Below, piece by piece: positions 27,145 through 42,279 of a stretch of 64,000 nucleotides of DNA; position 1 is the first letter of the stretch; each line of letters opens with the position of its first letter. A model generated the notes under the pieces. It was not told the origin of the DNA. It saw only the letters and a list, made by a program, of their open reading frames with translations, and ran no database searches. Source of the DNA: the human T2T-CHM13v2.0 reference genome, Homo sapiens; the NCBI RefSeq assembly GCF_009914755.1, contig NC_060931.1; one strand, given 5' to 3'. The translations under genes and the position numbers were made by a program.

Positions 27145-28170
27145 TTTTTAAAAAAATTTACTTTGCTGTGATATAATTTACATAAAATGTACCCAGTTCA
27201 AATGTACAGTTATGCACCTAGAATAATATACATGCCACCACAATCAGTATATAGACTAATTTCATCACCTGTAAGTTCTATCCTGCTCACCTACTATCAA
27301 TCTCTTCCTTCTCCCCTCAGCCCTCACACCCAGCTCTAGAGAAGGAACCACTGATAGACCTTTTGTCACACTGGATAGCTTTGGTTTTCTAGAATGTCAC
27401 ATGAATGGCATCTTAGGAGAAGTATTCTTTTGAATCAGGTTTGTACTCAGCACAATGCTTCTGAGATTCACTCACATTGTTATGTATATTACTAGTGCAT
27501 TCCCTTTTATCATGTATAATATTCTATTTTATGGATAGGTCACAATTTGTTTTCTCCAATTATGTGTCTATGGGCATTTGGGTTATTTTCCAGTTTCCAG
27601 CTATTATAAATAATGCTTCTATGAACATTTGTGTATAAGCATTTGTGTAAGTATAAGATCACATTTCTCTTGCAGAAATACCTAAGATGAAATAACTAGG
27701 ACATTTGGTAAGTAAGAGTTATATTTAACTATATAAATAATTACAAAACTATTTTCCAAAGGGATTATGACATTTTACATTCCCATCAGCAACATGAGGG
27801 TTCCAATCATTCCACACCCATATCAACACTGGATATTGTCAATCCTTCTAATTTTGGACATTCTAGTGGGTATGTAGTGTGTAGTGATATCTCATTAAAG
27901 TTTTAATTTGCATTTCTCTAGTAACTAATGATGTTAAGCACCTTTTTATGTACTTTATTGCCATATATCTTCTTTGGTAAGTGTATATTAAAATCGTTTG
28001 CCTCTTCTCTGATTGGATTCTTTTGTCTTATTATTGCATTGTAAGGCCTTTTTTTAAACATATTCTTAGAAATGTGTATTGCAAACACATTCTGCTAGTC
28101 TGAGGCTTACCTCTTGATTTTTTAAACTGGTGTCCATGAAAGAGTAGAAAGTTTAAAAGTTTGACAGAAT
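27145..28170 (-). mobile_element. L1MB/ME-type 3' region
   Basis: Antisense old-L1 3' end (TTTTACATTCCCATCAGCAAC, TTTTAATTTGCATTTCTCT). Confidence 0.8.
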
Positions 28171-28189
28171 TGGACAGCACTGGTCTGAA

Positions 28190-28780
28190 TAGCTAAAAGA
28201 CAGAGATTGATACATGGATAAAATGTAAGATCTGATATGTTGGGTGGAAAGGTACACTTTAAATATAAACATATAAGTAGTTTAAAAGCATACGGATGGG
28301 AAAAGATACATATGCAATGGAAGAATAAGAAGACTGGAGTGACTTTTTAACATGTGATAAAATGGTTCCCAAGACAAAAATTATTAATAGAGATAAAGAG
28401 GGTTATTTCATAATGATAAAGGAAACAATGTATCAGGAAGACATAACAATTGTGAATGTATGTGTACCTAATTACAGAGTTTTGAAATACATTAAGAATA
28501 AAACAAAACTTTATCTAATTAAAAGAATAACTAGGCAATTTCACAGTTTTAATAAAAGATTTTAACAGTTGTCCTATGGTAACATAAATCAGTACATGGC
28601 TTAAATCTAATTAATTTTCACTGACCACTAGACCCAGCCACTAAAAAAATCCCATTTTCTGACCATAACAGACCCTAATCAGGAATTAGTCAAAATAAGA
28701 TATCTAGAAAAACCTCTCACATAACTGGAAATTTTAAAATACACTTTTAAATAATTCATAGGTCAGTTAACTTTTAACAA
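28190..28780 (+). mobile_element. L1M ORF2 endonuclease-region fragment
   Basis: ORF 28362-28565 RDKEGYFIMIKETMYQEDITIVNVCVPN matches the L1 EN domain. Confidence 0.8.
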
Positions 28781-28896
28781 CTTTTTGTATAAATGTTTAA
28801 TTATTTTTTAAGAAAGGACACATGATACAACTTTCCACAACGTTTTCACAGAGTTATTTTGAGTATGAAGTGAGGTAATGAGGATAACATTGTTTT

Positions 28897-29198
28897 AGCC
28901 AGGTGCGGTGGCTCACTCCTGTAATCCCAGCACTTTGGGAGGCCAAGGCAGGTGGATCACGAGGTCAGGAGTTCAAGACCAGCCTGGCCAACATGGTGAA
29001 ACCCCGTCTCTAGTAAAAATATAAAAGTTGGCTGGGCATGCTGATGTGCGCCTGTAATCCCTGCTACTCAGGAGGCTGAGGCAGGGAACTGCTTGAACCC
29101 GGGAGGCGGAGGTTGCAGAGAGCCGAGATTGTGCCACTGCACTCCAGCTGGGCAACAGAACGAGACTCCCTCTCAAAAAAAAAAAAAAAAAAAAAAAA
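28897..29198 (+). mobile_element. AluS (Sg-like)
   Basis: Dimeric Alu with GGATCACGAGGTCAGGAGTTC and an A24 tail. Confidence 0.95.
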
Positions 29199-32100
29199 TT
29201 GCCACATATTTGATGAACAACAATCAGTACTGTCTTTTCTGGTATGCAACAAGTAACTTGCTGCATACAAAAGGAGTTAACAATCCCTGACCGGCATAAA
29301 GTGTTCCTTTATTTTACCCCTATGTTTCTGTCCTACTTCAGGTTCACTCATTGCGTATGACTGGTAGGGTTATGTCCAACTATAATCTATTTTATTTAAT
29401 GTAAAATTTATAAGACATTGTACTCAGACCTTGACCTATTTGAATATAATCCATGTGACCAAACTCCAAATCAGGTGCTATTGTGACCTTCACTGTGTAA
29501 ATTATGAGCCAGTACTAAGTCAATGGAATCAGATAAACCAAACTTTGACTATATCACATCAATTTCATAATGTCTAATATTGGTTTAGTTACTTAACTTG
29601 CATCAGCATCAATGCTTTCATCAGGAAAATTTCTGTTTGATTGACAAAAGAGGTCATTTTACAGACAAACTAAATACAGGTCTCAAAAGGTAGTCTGGGG
29701 AAATTCCATCTTTCAGAATCATTTGTCTAAGCTGTAACTAATCTTGAGAATAGCAGAGGAGACATTCTTTTCCCCCACATATACCTTCAGAGAGATATGA
29801 GAGAATTAGTGATGATATGGACTTGGTCCTTGAAAAAAAAAAAAGAAAAAAACAAAAACAAAAACAAAACAACAACAACAAAAACCAAATGAGTGAAAAT
29901 GTCATAATTTTGCAAAGACAAGAAGGAAAATGCAATGATGGCTGTATGATAGATGCTGCCATATACATGTGGTAGAAGCTTGCTGGCACTTAAATGTAGA
30001 TATCAGTGTACCATAAATGAAGAAAAGCAACAGCTCTGCTAGAATTTCTAGAAAAATTACATCAAATGTGTGGGCTTTCATTACAACAGGTTGGCAGCAT
30101 GAAAGTTTCTACTTGATTAGCTGGTTTTGTCAAGTAAACACAAATAATAAGAGGCCAGAGATTAGCTGAAGACTAGGAATTTATTCATTTTAAATACTTG
30201 TTATATACACAAAATTCTGCTGTGTACTGAGTTTATTATTTTCCGTGATAGACAATACCTGATCTCTTTGTGTTTCAGTAGAAAAGACAAACACTGATTA
30301 GATTTATAAATAATAAATAAGACATGAATAAGTAACCAAGTATGCTATGAAACGCAAAAATAGGAGTGGCCTAATTAATAGATATGGTGGAGTTGAGGGA
30401 AATGTTTTTTGGTAATCAAATTTAAAATTGGCCTAAAAAGTGAGAATGATATAAATTATTACTGTTATTTTGGCTACAAGAGTTTGGTATACTACAAACG
30501 AAATGGCAATTCATTTTATTATGAGAAATAGTGGAGTTCAAACCCTGATTGCAACTTAAATCTGTGATCAGTGAAAGTTATAAGAAAATTAAGCATTTTT
30601 CTAAATGGGAAAACAGGTAAATTCTTTGGATACCACACACCTAGCATGACTTGGAAAATCTAGACACCATTCCAAAGCTTTCTCAATCACTAAATATTAC
30701 ATAATTTTGGATAGGATAGCTAAAACTCTGATTCTTCCTTCTTGAAATTATAAAGAAATAATAATATCATTCTAATGTATTTTATAGAGATATAATCTGG
30801 TGAAATAAGAAGTAACCAGATTCCTTAAATACTTGCATAATAATTTAATGAATAGTTGCATAATAATGCAACATATAATTACTATCCTGACGGATGCCAT
30901 TTTTAAGTTTTTTAAAATTACATGAGAAAATCCTATATTGCTCTCATAGCAGAATCCTGATGGTGTAAGTAATCAGTTAATATTATTTCCTTTCCACTGT
31001 CCATTCTCTTTCTTGAGAAGTAAACTATGCGTTCAGACAGAAAATTTCCATGTCAAAAAATGTAGAGAGCAGTCAAAAGCAAATGAGCAGACTTCTTCAT
31101 GAATATTTAAAATAGCCAGTATGAAAGCACACTTCCATGTGTGCTAATTTCTGTTATTTTAAAAGTCATTTGTGGTTTTAGCTCATGGAGGATGAATCTT
31201 AAAGAATTTATTTTCCTGTACAGAATAATCAGGTGGCAAAGAAACAATCAATGAGTGACTATAATGCATTTTGCTACTATCAGCACTAATAAGAGAAAAT
31301 CTGATTTTCAACTCATAGTAACTAGTCTGATTTTTAAATTAGGGCCTTATTTCCTAATCTCAGAAAATAAGCAAGCTACTCCTTCTCTGTCTCAATAGCT
31401 AGCTAGATAGATAGATAGATAGACAGACAGATAATTTTCCTCCTTGTCATACCAATTATAATGACCAATGGTAATTTAAAGCTAAGTTTCCAAAGACTAA
31501 ACAGTAAGAGAAAGATATTACTGATGCCTGAAAGAATTCTATTGTGCTGTTTCTCTTGGGCCCTAATATATATCCACTGCATAAGAATGCAATATCAGAT
31601 CTAAATGTGGTATTTCCATTTGCGAGCAGGGCACCAGCTGTCTTCTTAAATTTCCATGCCACTTAATCTAGCTCTAAGTTTGGTTAGCTTTCAATTCACA
31701 AAGAAGGCAACAACAACTACACAGGGTCACATTTTCAGCAAGGTCTCTGAGGTAATGAAGTGTACAAAGTATGCTAATAAGGAGAGCAGCTAAGTTAATT
31801 CCTTGGGGCAGGTGCAAATACATGGTCCTAGGATCCACTTTTTGGTGCAGTGCAAGAAGCGACCTGTGAATGGGAGGAGTTAACATTGGAAGCCAAGAAT
31901 TTTAGCATTTTCCAACATTGTTTGGGGATTACCACTTATTACCCTGAAGGTCCACTTCTACCTGCATAATCCTCAAAGGGTCAAACCCTCCGAGATCGTC
32001 ATCTAGAGAACCACTTGCATCAAAATTATCTGCTGCTTTAGTCATCTATATTCACACAATAAACTAGCAAAAGAGAAAATATTGATATGTCCATTCTAAT

Positions 32101-32544
32101 CACCACCAAGATTTTTCATAGGCTACTTGTACATTTGTCACAGTTTCAAAGTCCTTCATGCCTACACTAAGTCAGAGGAATACAAGGAGATATTTAAATG
32201 GGCTTTTAATCAGAGTTTCTAAATAATCAGGTAATTTTGTCAGAATATGATGTAAAGGGTTTGAGATGAGGACATTCCTTGGAAAATAACTTCTCAATTT
32301 ACTCTGTAATATGCATTTGTCACAGAAGATGGTTTATCAATATTTAAATCACTGAATTAAACCTGTATTACGCAAGCACACACAGAAAATACATGGAAAA
32401 CAAAAATTCTAAAAGTTACCAAGAAATCATATATCACTCATAGGCATACCTTATGCTATTTTAAGATAATTAAATAGCTGATAGACATAATCTAGAGTAA
32501 ATCATAGAATTAGAATCACAGAATATTAATGCTACAAGGTATGC

Positions 32545-32980
32545 TGTTGTGTTGCTCCCCCTTTACCACTCTAATGCTGTGTAACAAAACACCCCAAAAC
32601 TCAGCGTCATAAAATGACAAAATTTGCTCTCATGTTACTAGGTCACTCGGCATGCCTCTGCTTCAGTTTACTAAGTGTGGGACCGCTAATATTCTGCATC
32701 AGGCTGTGAATTGACGGAAGTCTGCCTCATGAGTCTCCTTCTATTACCCCAGCTATCTCGGGATGTTCTAATGACAGAGTTTGGAAGATCCTAGATTGGT
32801 AAATAAAAGCATGTGATGTTTCTTACAGCTTAGAGTCAAAATTCTAGCCCTGGAAACTCACACATGGTTACTTCTCCCAAATTCTATTGGCTGAAGCAAG
32901 TCCCAAAGAGAAGAAACATACTCTTCCCAAAGAAGTAGGTGGAGGAGTGATTATTGCTGAACAAAAAGTGATTCTACTCA
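32545..32980 (-). mobile_element. Old MLT1 LTR
   Basis: GCTGTGTAACAAAACACCCCAAAACTCAG...ATTCTATTGGCTGAAGCAAGTC. Confidence 0.65.
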
Positions 32981-33035
32981 AGCTGTAAACAGTAGCCAAA
33001 TTCATTATTTTATGGAGAGGAATCAGAACATTTGT

Positions 33036-33039
<4 letters not shown>

Positions 33040-33079
<40 letters not shown>

Positions 33080-33082
33080 CAT
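33040..33082. repeat. (TG)n(CG)n microsatellite
   Basis: Direct reading. Confidence 0.95.
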
Positions 33083-33355
33083 GTGACAGAGAGGCGGGGA
33101 GAGACAGAGAGAGAGAGATCCAAGGGCTTGCTACGTGTTAATTTCAGAACTGGAATAATAACAATATACTTCATATTTTTAAAGGGGAAATTCCACTCTA
33201 CTTTAATACAATGCTCTATATTCTGTACCCACATGGAAACTGACATTTTTACTAAGTGATATATGAACAATTGCATATTCACTATTCACTGGAGGATGCA
33301 AGAGTATATTTTCAGGGTTTTTAAAAACTGATAGTTTCTTCCTCCATACCCAGTA

Positions 33356-33356
<1 letters not shown>

Positions 33357-33397
<41 letters not shown>
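33357..33397. repeat. (AC)n microsatellite followed by (GGGA)n
   Basis: Direct reading. Confidence 0.95.
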
Positions 33398-33399
<2 letters not shown>

Positions 33400-34779
33400 C
33401 ACATATATACAGTAGAGGGAGGGAGGGAGGGAGGGAGGGAGAAAGAGAGAAAAAATACAAATGTAGAAATGCAATTATTTAACAAATTTAAGCTAAGCCA
33501 GCTCTAACTGAGTTTGGAGCTGCAGTTTTTTTCCAGGAGCTTAGGAATTTCACGAACAAAATGGAAGCTGCCAGGTGATCCCCTTAACAAGTTTGTCATT
33601 GTTTAACATGAATGTGAAGTTTAGATTGGTAATCAAGGCAATAAACCTAACGGAGCCAAGAATTTGTGTTCCTTCTTCTTCAGTAAGGATGGAAAACAAT
33701 TTTTTTTCATTTACGTGACCCTTTTTTTTACTCTCAGGAAAGGAGGATATGCTGATAAGATACGTTAATCAGAAGCTATGGGAAGTAAGGACATTTTCTT
33801 TCTTGACATTATCCTATGAATATCAGAAAAGGAATTACTATTACAAAAAATACTATTACAGCTGTGACTTGTGATATGTACTGAACAGCCTGTAAATCTC
33901 ACCTCACGTCACTCCGGAATTCTCTCACCACACATTTACTGAGCTGCAGATGGTCTTCTTGCTTTCCCGATGGCAGATATCTCTAAACTGTTGGAATTAT
34001 CCAACACTTAACTTTTTAAACAAGTTTTCAAAAACTTCCTACAGATTTTTTCTTTAGTGCAATGAATGTAGAAAAAGACATATAGTTCTCCCCAAGTGCC
34101 CTAAGCAAAGCAATCCACTTTGGTTGAGAGCTGTTATGTTGGTTATTAAAGAAGACAGAATATAGAATCACATTTATGAGGCAAAAGGCAAACTTACACT
34201 TTCTTGACAATAATGACTCTACTCTTTTTATAATTTTATGTTGTGTTTCTTTCTATTTTATGTTTTGTTTTTTCATACATTTATAGTGCAATACCATGGA
34301 GTTTATCTGCCAAATATTTTCCTTGCTTTGAGTTTCCACTAAATTAATGGGAAAATAAACATCCTCTAGTAGAAACCCCTACATGCTCCCCATAGGCATA
34401 ACTATTAATTTTTCCTCTGCAGGCATTTAAATTAATATTTTCTGCTCATGAAAAGGGAGGGGTGGCTTAAAAGTCTTTAAGACAAAATTGGCCTTTCTGT
34501 AGCTAAACATAAAGAAAATCTCTTCTTTTTCTTCTCTGTCTGTAGTTTGCCTTCATCTCTCAACATAAATAGAAGAGTTAATTGGGAAGAATAAAAGAAT
34601 CCTTTTTGATATGGCAACAAAAGGAATGCAGAAGGAAATGATGGAAAAGCCAGTGTTTTTACTTTTTATTAGCTTTGTTATTTATGAAACCGTTTTAAAG
34701 AAATGTGTTTTCCAAAGGAAGGAGGCCAGACACCCACTACTGCTTCTAGCATACCTACACTGTATTGGAAAACAGAAAA

Positions 34780-35012
34780 TGAATGGGTTTTGGAGTCAGA
34801 CATTTCCATTTCTGCAAATGACAAACTATACGACCTTGAGTGAGTTATTTAATCTCTATAAGTTTCGATTTCTTTCTTTGGAAAAACAGGGATAAAATAA
34901 TACCTATTTCATAGACTTGTTATGAGCATTAAAAAATATGTGAAGTGCTTGGTCCTTGGTGGTACTTGGTGGGTACTTGGTCCTTGGTGGGTACTCAGTA
35001 AATGATAGCATT
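34780..35012 (+). mobile_element. MIR with a short tandem duplication at its 3' end
   Basis: GACCTTGAGTGAGTTATTTAATCTCT core. CTTGGTCCTTGGTGG is repeated within 34948-34991. Confidence 0.75.
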
Positions 35013-35492
35013 TACTATTTGGAAAATGATAATACATGGCAAGCAAAAATAGTTAAACATTTGGAGTAAAAAACAGATCTAGGTTAAAATTCAGCCTCCC
35101 TCAAGGCTCCCTGAAGGACTACTGGTGAATTTAGCCTGCATAAGACTTAATTTCTGGATTTTTGTAGGGTCAGAGGGTTTCAGGAGACTTGCTGGCTCTT
35201 GGACCCTTGCTTGGTACACAGTTGTTATTAGTAAGCGATACCCATTAATACAGTAGTAGTGGTGGAAGTCATGGTAGTAGTACTCATAGTGACCCTATGA
35301 AAATTTTTATTTAATAAAATTATTATAACTTAGTTTTCCTAATGTAATATTTTAGACCCCTTTCCAGACAAAAGTACAGTGAAATCTTTCTAAGAATCCC
35401 TCTTGAAACCACATTTCTCTTCTGACACCTTAACAATCCCCAAACACATGCACTACTACAAGAGAACACTTGCAGGAGTGTCTTTGACCCCC

Positions 35493-35873
35493 TGTGTTAG
35501 TCTCCGTACTGTATATACACACAGACAGAGATTTATTTTAAGGAATTAGCTAATAGGATTATGGAGACTGGAAAGTCCAAAATCTACAGGGTGGGCACAC
35601 AAGCTGGAGACCCAGGAAGAGCTAAAGCTGCAGTTCAAGTCCAAAGGCCTTTGCTGCAGAATTCCATTTTTTTTTTTTTTGCTTTGTTTAGCCTTTAATT
35701 GATGAGATGAGTCCAGTTCACATTAAAAAGGGCAGGCTGTTTTAATCAAAATCCATAAATCCAAATGTTAATCTCATCCCCTAAAACTCTCACAGAAACA
35801 TCCAGAATAGTATTCGACCACATATCTGGGCATTGCTGCCTAGACAAGTTGACAAATGAAATTAACCATCACA
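35493..35873 (-). mobile_element. MLT2 (ERVL) LTR
   Basis: GAGATTTATTTTAAGGAATTAGCT...AAGTTGACAAATGAAATTAACCATCACA. Confidence 0.9.
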
Positions 35874-38800
35874 CATGGCTATCCCAGTCCTAATGGGATA
35901 ATCTCTTATTGGTGGGGGAGGACTCCATGCACGAGAGGTCCCTAGGGTATCAGAAAGGAAGGGGTCCAGTCTATTTCATCCTTTGCCTTCTTGACTTAAC
36001 TTCCATTTTCCTTTAACCTTCTGGGGAATATCATGAAAAGTGAAATCTCTTTGGAGAAAACCCAGACATTTAAAATTTGATAGGTAAGGTTGCAATATAG
36101 AAGAAAGAGTGTTCCTGTCTTCTAGACATTCAACTTCCTGGATCACCTGCTCATCCCCTGACAATCCATGCCACCTTCCAGAGTATAAAGATCTGTGACA
36201 TTGCTCTTTCAACATCCTGCAAGAAGGCAACTTGTTGTAATAATTTATATTTTGGGCCACTAATCTTATATTCTGCTGCTTATCTAAGAAGGTAATTTAT
36301 ATGTTCCAGCAGGGCAGACATGAAATAAATATTATTTCTATTTAGAGGAAATGAGTAGAAAGAATGTACAGAAAGAATATCTTTTTGGCTGACACAATTC
36401 TTAATGTTTCTTCAAATGCTGTTAATATTGGTAATTTAACTGACCAAATTTGTCTTTTTGATTGTTTTTATTTAAGGAAGAAGAAAGGCCCTTTTTGTAT
36501 AAATAATACCAACAAAGCTAATATTTTTTAAAAAAGAAATTCATCCAAAACCAGTGTATCTCTTTATATATTAACTTTAAATAATTGGTTTGATTGATTT
36601 CCCCTCTGCCACCTTGAGTTGATTATATTAATTTTAGATAATATCATTCCCAAACTTTAATCCAAGGACAATTGTAGGATTGGCTGCATAAGAATCACCT
36701 TGGGAGCTTTACAATAAATACACACTCTTGGTACCTATTTCCAGTCCTTCAGATTCAGAAGGCCCTGGCGCAGGAATCTTTAACAAAGGTCAATTTACAC
36801 TAATGGCGACAGTCTTAAATTTGCCACATCTAACCCCAAACTGGCCACTCAGATGATAGATTTCTATAGTTTCCTTTGGATGTCTTGCTCTGATCACCTT
36901 GGTGATTTTTCAGTCAGATTACTTTATCCATCCTTATAATTTAGCATGTATAACACTGGAACAATTTCAGAGCACTGGCTTCTAAGTCCATGGGGCAAGT
37001 GGGATCTGTGGGGAAAATATACATTGAAGATTACTCTTTCTTTCTCCTTTTCTATTTGTTATGATTATTGATGTCTCTTTCTATATGTGTTCCCCAATAT
37101 GGCAAGTGAGTAAATGAATGGATAAACAATGACACCATATCCTAAATAGGAGGAGGAATCCTGAGAAGGGACTAGATTTGAGTGCCCTGGTGGACCATAC
37201 TTGAGCCTTATAAACTCTAGCTTCTGATAAGGGGAATACTGTGGCATTTCTGAGCTGAGTTAGCAGAGCCTATCCAGGGGCTGTCTCTGCAAGGCCTAGA
37301 GACACCCTTGTTATATAAGCCCCTGACATGACCAAAGAAGTTGCGTCTCCTATTCCTGCTGTTGTCAATCAATTTTATTGGCTCCATAGCTACAGGTCTC
37401 AGCCCCTAAATCCAGCCAGTTGTTTAGCTAACTCTTGTTATTAGTCAGAAATCGAAGGTGAGAGATGTGGATCTGTGCAAACCTCTTTTCCAACAATGAA
37501 ATGGAGGAGGCAAAACTGAAAAAACATGCAAACCTCAAAAGAGCCATTTTATTGCACATAGGGCAGCATCTATTTTGCAGGAATTGTCCAAGATATCACG
37601 GGTATGGGCATCTAAAAATCAAGTGTGCCTTAATTTCTAAAGTATTTGGGAAAAAAATTATTATTTTATGGAAGAATGTTGGCAATTTGGCAAAAGACTT
37701 TTTAAAAAGACAAAGTAGTTTGTTAAAATGTTTCAATATGAGACAAATGTGGTATTTTTCCACTGTAGTCACTTGGAAAAGAAACAGCTGAAAACATTTG
37801 AAAGGAACTGATAGAGCCCTGAGCCATCATAGCAGGATACTATTGCAAACATTTGCAGCTAGGACTGTTGAGCGGCAGAAAAATTCACATAGCAACTAGG
37901 AAGCCACAAAAGGATATGAGGTGGGAAGAAGGTGTAATGATTAGAGAAAAAGTGTTTCTTTGATTGCTCTGCTGATAATACTCACAAAGCAAAAATGCCT
38001 TAATAGACAATGATATTAAGGATATAAACACAAATCTATCTTTGACGTGTTCCATCATGCTTGCTATAGGACTTACAACATAAGCTCATCTTTATTCTTC
38101 ATTCACTTGGTATGTTGTTGGTGCCAAATCCATTAAGGATGATTTATATTTACGGATGGATGGTGTATGTTACCCATTTGAATATCTTCTCAGTTCCTTC
38201 ACTTTGGAGCTTCCTAACTTACCCACAAAGATAGGCCCTCCTTATCCTTATATATAATGTGTATGTCCTACCTTAAAACCATAATTGATTGATCAGAACT
38301 AGACATGCGGCCCACACTGGTTTAATCTCATCCTCTCTGCCCAGGATTTGGTACCATTTAAGCTATCTTGTAATTTATACAAAGTAAAGTTTACACTTAT
38401 CTACTTGAATCGTGGTACTGGAGTTGTATTTTATTATTTCATACCTTTAAATGTCAACGGAGTTGAGAGTTTAAAAATAATAAAATAAAAAGAAACAGTT
38501 AAAAAACAATGAAATATGATTTTGCAACAAACTTTCTAATTTTCCCAGCCAATGATATAGGGGGAGAATAAACCATCCTTATAATATTGATGTAAGAGTG
38601 CTTTTTGCCAATGATAACAGCGATAATGGGGGGTGTTTTGGTCATAAAAAATAGCAAAATGGTTTATTGTTAAATATATTATTATTAAAAAGAATACAAA
38701 TGCAGGTAGTTTCCCATTTTTAATGTTGGTTCTGTCTCTGATGGCTGAAACTATGAATTACAAAGTCATCAGCTAGCTGACGCCTCCTCACCAGGACTCG

Positions 38801-39069
38801 CAGAGATGTTTGCAAAAAAGACAAGGCCAATGTCCCAATGTGCACTAATATGCCTTCTTAGAGTCAGGGACAGATAACAAGTTTCAAGACATTCTTCACC
38901 TCCTCTGGTCTCATGTCTTCAACTCTTTTCTGCTATTTTTAGTTCTAGTGCCAAATCATTCAATTAAACATACCTTAGAAGATAAACATAGTGAAAAGAG
39001 TAAATAGAATTTCTTTGTAAATAACATGTACTCCATAATCTTTCCTCTCTGTGATACTTGGCATTATAT

Positions 39070-39248
39070 CACAGCGCTTCTCAAATGTTAATGTGCATAC
39101 AAATCAACTGGGAATTTTTTTTTAAATGCAGAATCTCAACCTTACCCAAGACATCTTATTTTGCATGTCTTGGGTAGGCCTGAGATTCTGCATTTCCAAC
39201 AAGCTCTCAGGTGATGAAAGTGGTCCTCACTTCAAAGAGCAAGGTTCT
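39070..39248. mobile_element. MER5A
   Basis: CTTCTCAAATG...GGCCTGAGATTCTGCATTTCCAACAAGCTC. Confidence 0.8.
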
Positions 39249-41079
39249 AAGGTACAGTGGGAAGACAAGAATAGATACCTCCTCCCAAGTTAAGAAAATA
39301 CTCCAGAGTATACTAACCTAATGAGATTTTTTTTAAGTGTGAAAAGAGTCCTTAACCCAGAAAATGCCAAGTGCTATTCAAAGGGAGCCCATCACATGGA
39401 TGTAGGAGTAGTCAACTTCTAAAACTTGTAGCTGAATGACATTTTGGGTTTTGACAAATACCGTAACTCTACTTCAAGAGCAAAGTAAAGGAAAAAGGAA
39501 CTTTGATATCCTTGTGGTCATTTTTACATAGAATTTCTCATCAGAATAGTTGGTGGAAGCTTTTTAAGGAAACAAATTCCTATGACTCAACAAAACCACT
39601 GAACATGATTTTGAAATGCAGAACCAGGTTTACGCTTGGACCCAGTAGGTGATTCTAATACCTTCTCCCGGTTAAGAACCTCTGAATAGTAATTATAGTG
39701 TGCTTCTAACAAATGTTTCATCTAGTTTAATATGGTGAGGATCTGTTCATATTAGAGCCCATGTCAGCACAACATTATTATTTGAGCTGATGGTAACCTC
39801 ATTGCATAAGAAAATCTATTTTAATAGCTACCTCCCTGCCAGATAATGGCAAAACATTATTTTAGTACCATATTGATATATAATATTTTATTTGATTGTA
39901 TTTATAAAGTCCAAAAATATTATTTAATATGGTTTTTAAATGATACATGGGCAATTATAACTGGTCTAGAGAACAGGATTCTTTCTCTAGGTCCCTTATT
40001 TTTAAATACAGTAGCTTTCAATAGTTTACAGTTTGTTTCTGTATATATCACCACATTTAATTCTGAAACAACCTGATAAAATAGGTACTATTATTTTCCC
40101 CTTTACAGTTGAAAATTCTGAGAGGGATATTTGCCCAAAGTCACAAAATTAGTAAGTAACAAAGCCAGGAGTTAAACAAGTTTGTCAGATACTTATTCTC
40201 AACCCTTATGATATACTGCTAGTTTTTAATCACTGTAAGTAATATTAAACAAATAAATCTATTGTTCAAGTCTTACTGAAATCTGCCTCTCATTTTTGTA
40301 AAAACTTAAATGTTTGATCTACAATTTATTACTTGATCAGATATAAAATTTGATCAATACCCTTTATTTTCCTGGTACTATATTTTGCATCCTCTGTTCT
40401 CCATGCAAAGGCCAGATTGAGAGTGGAGTAGCAGAAGGAGATGAAAGCTCAATAAAATAGAAACCATTCCACTGGTACAGTGTTCTTGTATTCCCTTTTA
40501 GAAGAGAGATTTTAAAAGGGTTATTTTATCACCATCTGTGAGAAATTCAGCTTAAATGATAAAAAAAGCTTTCAAATGATTTATGGAGAAAATTTTGCTC
40601 TAAACTGTGAAAAAGATTTCTTAACAGAAAGTTGTGGAAACTGGTAAAACAAGTCAACAAAATTACCTTTTTCCTGTGAAATAATCCCGATGTCACTAAA
40701 GAATGCTGAGCCTCCACATGGACTGTGGGAGAGGAAAGAAATATACTCACATCTATCTCACGGCCCTAGAGATTTTTACCTCTTAAAATTTATATGCCTA
40801 ATTACAGAATTGCAAAATTCTTCAGCAGCTGAATGCCATTCCTCTTAGTCCAACAGATGTCTTGCACATTTTCTTCTCAATGGAGCCAATGTTTATTTCT
40901 ATTAGAAGACTCTAAATCACACGTTGTTTGACACTTCTAGTTTATCTTTAACTCGAAAGGTTAATTTAATGCTTTCTCCACTGCATATTACAAATACTTC
41001 TGAGAGTAGCAGCTTCATATAAGGAAACAGTTCAGAACATGACATTTTACCCACCCAGACTCCTAGTCCATCACATGAT

Positions 41080-41550
41080 TTGTCAATTCTAGGCCTCTGG
41101 CTTATTTTGAAATGCATTGCCTCACTCATCATGCGGTACATCTTTGCATGGCCCAGGTCCCTCTTCCGGTTCAAGGTTCCCATCTCCCAGCTTCTGGGTA
41201 TGCTGGAAGCTGGGAGCTCATACCTGAGCCTGCTCTAGGAATTGCACTTTGCAGAAATGAGCTTCCTGGTTCAAGGCTTTACTCAATCCACTGTATAGTA
41301 GATATGGAGATATGAAGCTCCAGTTCTCTTGCTTTTGTTTGAATAACTGCCAGGTCCATCCCACGTCCAGCAGTGTATGGATTCAACTGAAGCTACTGCT
41401 CGAAATGTAGTGCAGTTCAACTTTTCTTTCTGCCAAATCCTGTTTTCTCACAAGTGTAGGTCCTAAGAACACTCTCCAATAAAGCTCCCACATAAATATC
41501 TCAGAGATTTAGAGATTCTCACCACCACCAGTGCCCTGGAACACTTGACC
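41080..41550 (+). mobile_element. LTR16-like ERVL LTR remnant
   Basis: TTCAACTTTTCTTTCTGCCAAATCCTG...CCAATAAAGCTCC resembles the LTR16 3' part. Confidence 0.5.
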
Positions 41551-42105
41551 TCACTGCAAAGACAACTTTCATAAGTCTTTTCATTCATCCAGCAAATATT
41601 TTTCAGGTTTCCACTCTGTCAGGCATAGTATTAATTGCTGAGGATACAATGATAATTTAGTACCTGATCATGTAGAGACAATCCTCTCGTGGGATTTATT
41701 AAAAAACAAAAGTATTTGCAATAAATTATGATATTTGCTACAGCAGGGGAAATCCAAGGAGGGATGACCAAATCCATTTACGGGGATTAGGGAGGAGTCT
41801 ATAAAGGCAATGATCTCTTGCTGAGAACTAAAAGATAAATAGGATGAGCTGGGTTGTGGGCAGTGAGTTATATTTCAGGGAGAGGAAACACTGGCTTTAG
41901 AGATCCTGAGGGCAGTGATAGTATATGAGACACTGAAAGATTTTCAATGTATGTACAATTTAGAGTGCATAACATAAGAGTGGCAGAGCCATAGTAAAGC
42001 ATTCCATTGAAGGATTTTTAAAAATTTTAACTGAATCATTGAGGTATAATGACACATCATAAACTACATATTTAACATACAAAATTTGATAAACTTAAAT
42101 ATATT

Positions 42106-42158
<53 letters not shown>

Positions 42159-42279
42159 GAAACTGCCACCACATTCAAGGCACTGAAACATATTTGTCAC
42201 CCCAAAGGTTTACACAGGCCTCTGTTTAAACACTTTCTCCTAGCCCTCCCCAATCCTAAGGTAAACACGGATCTATTTC

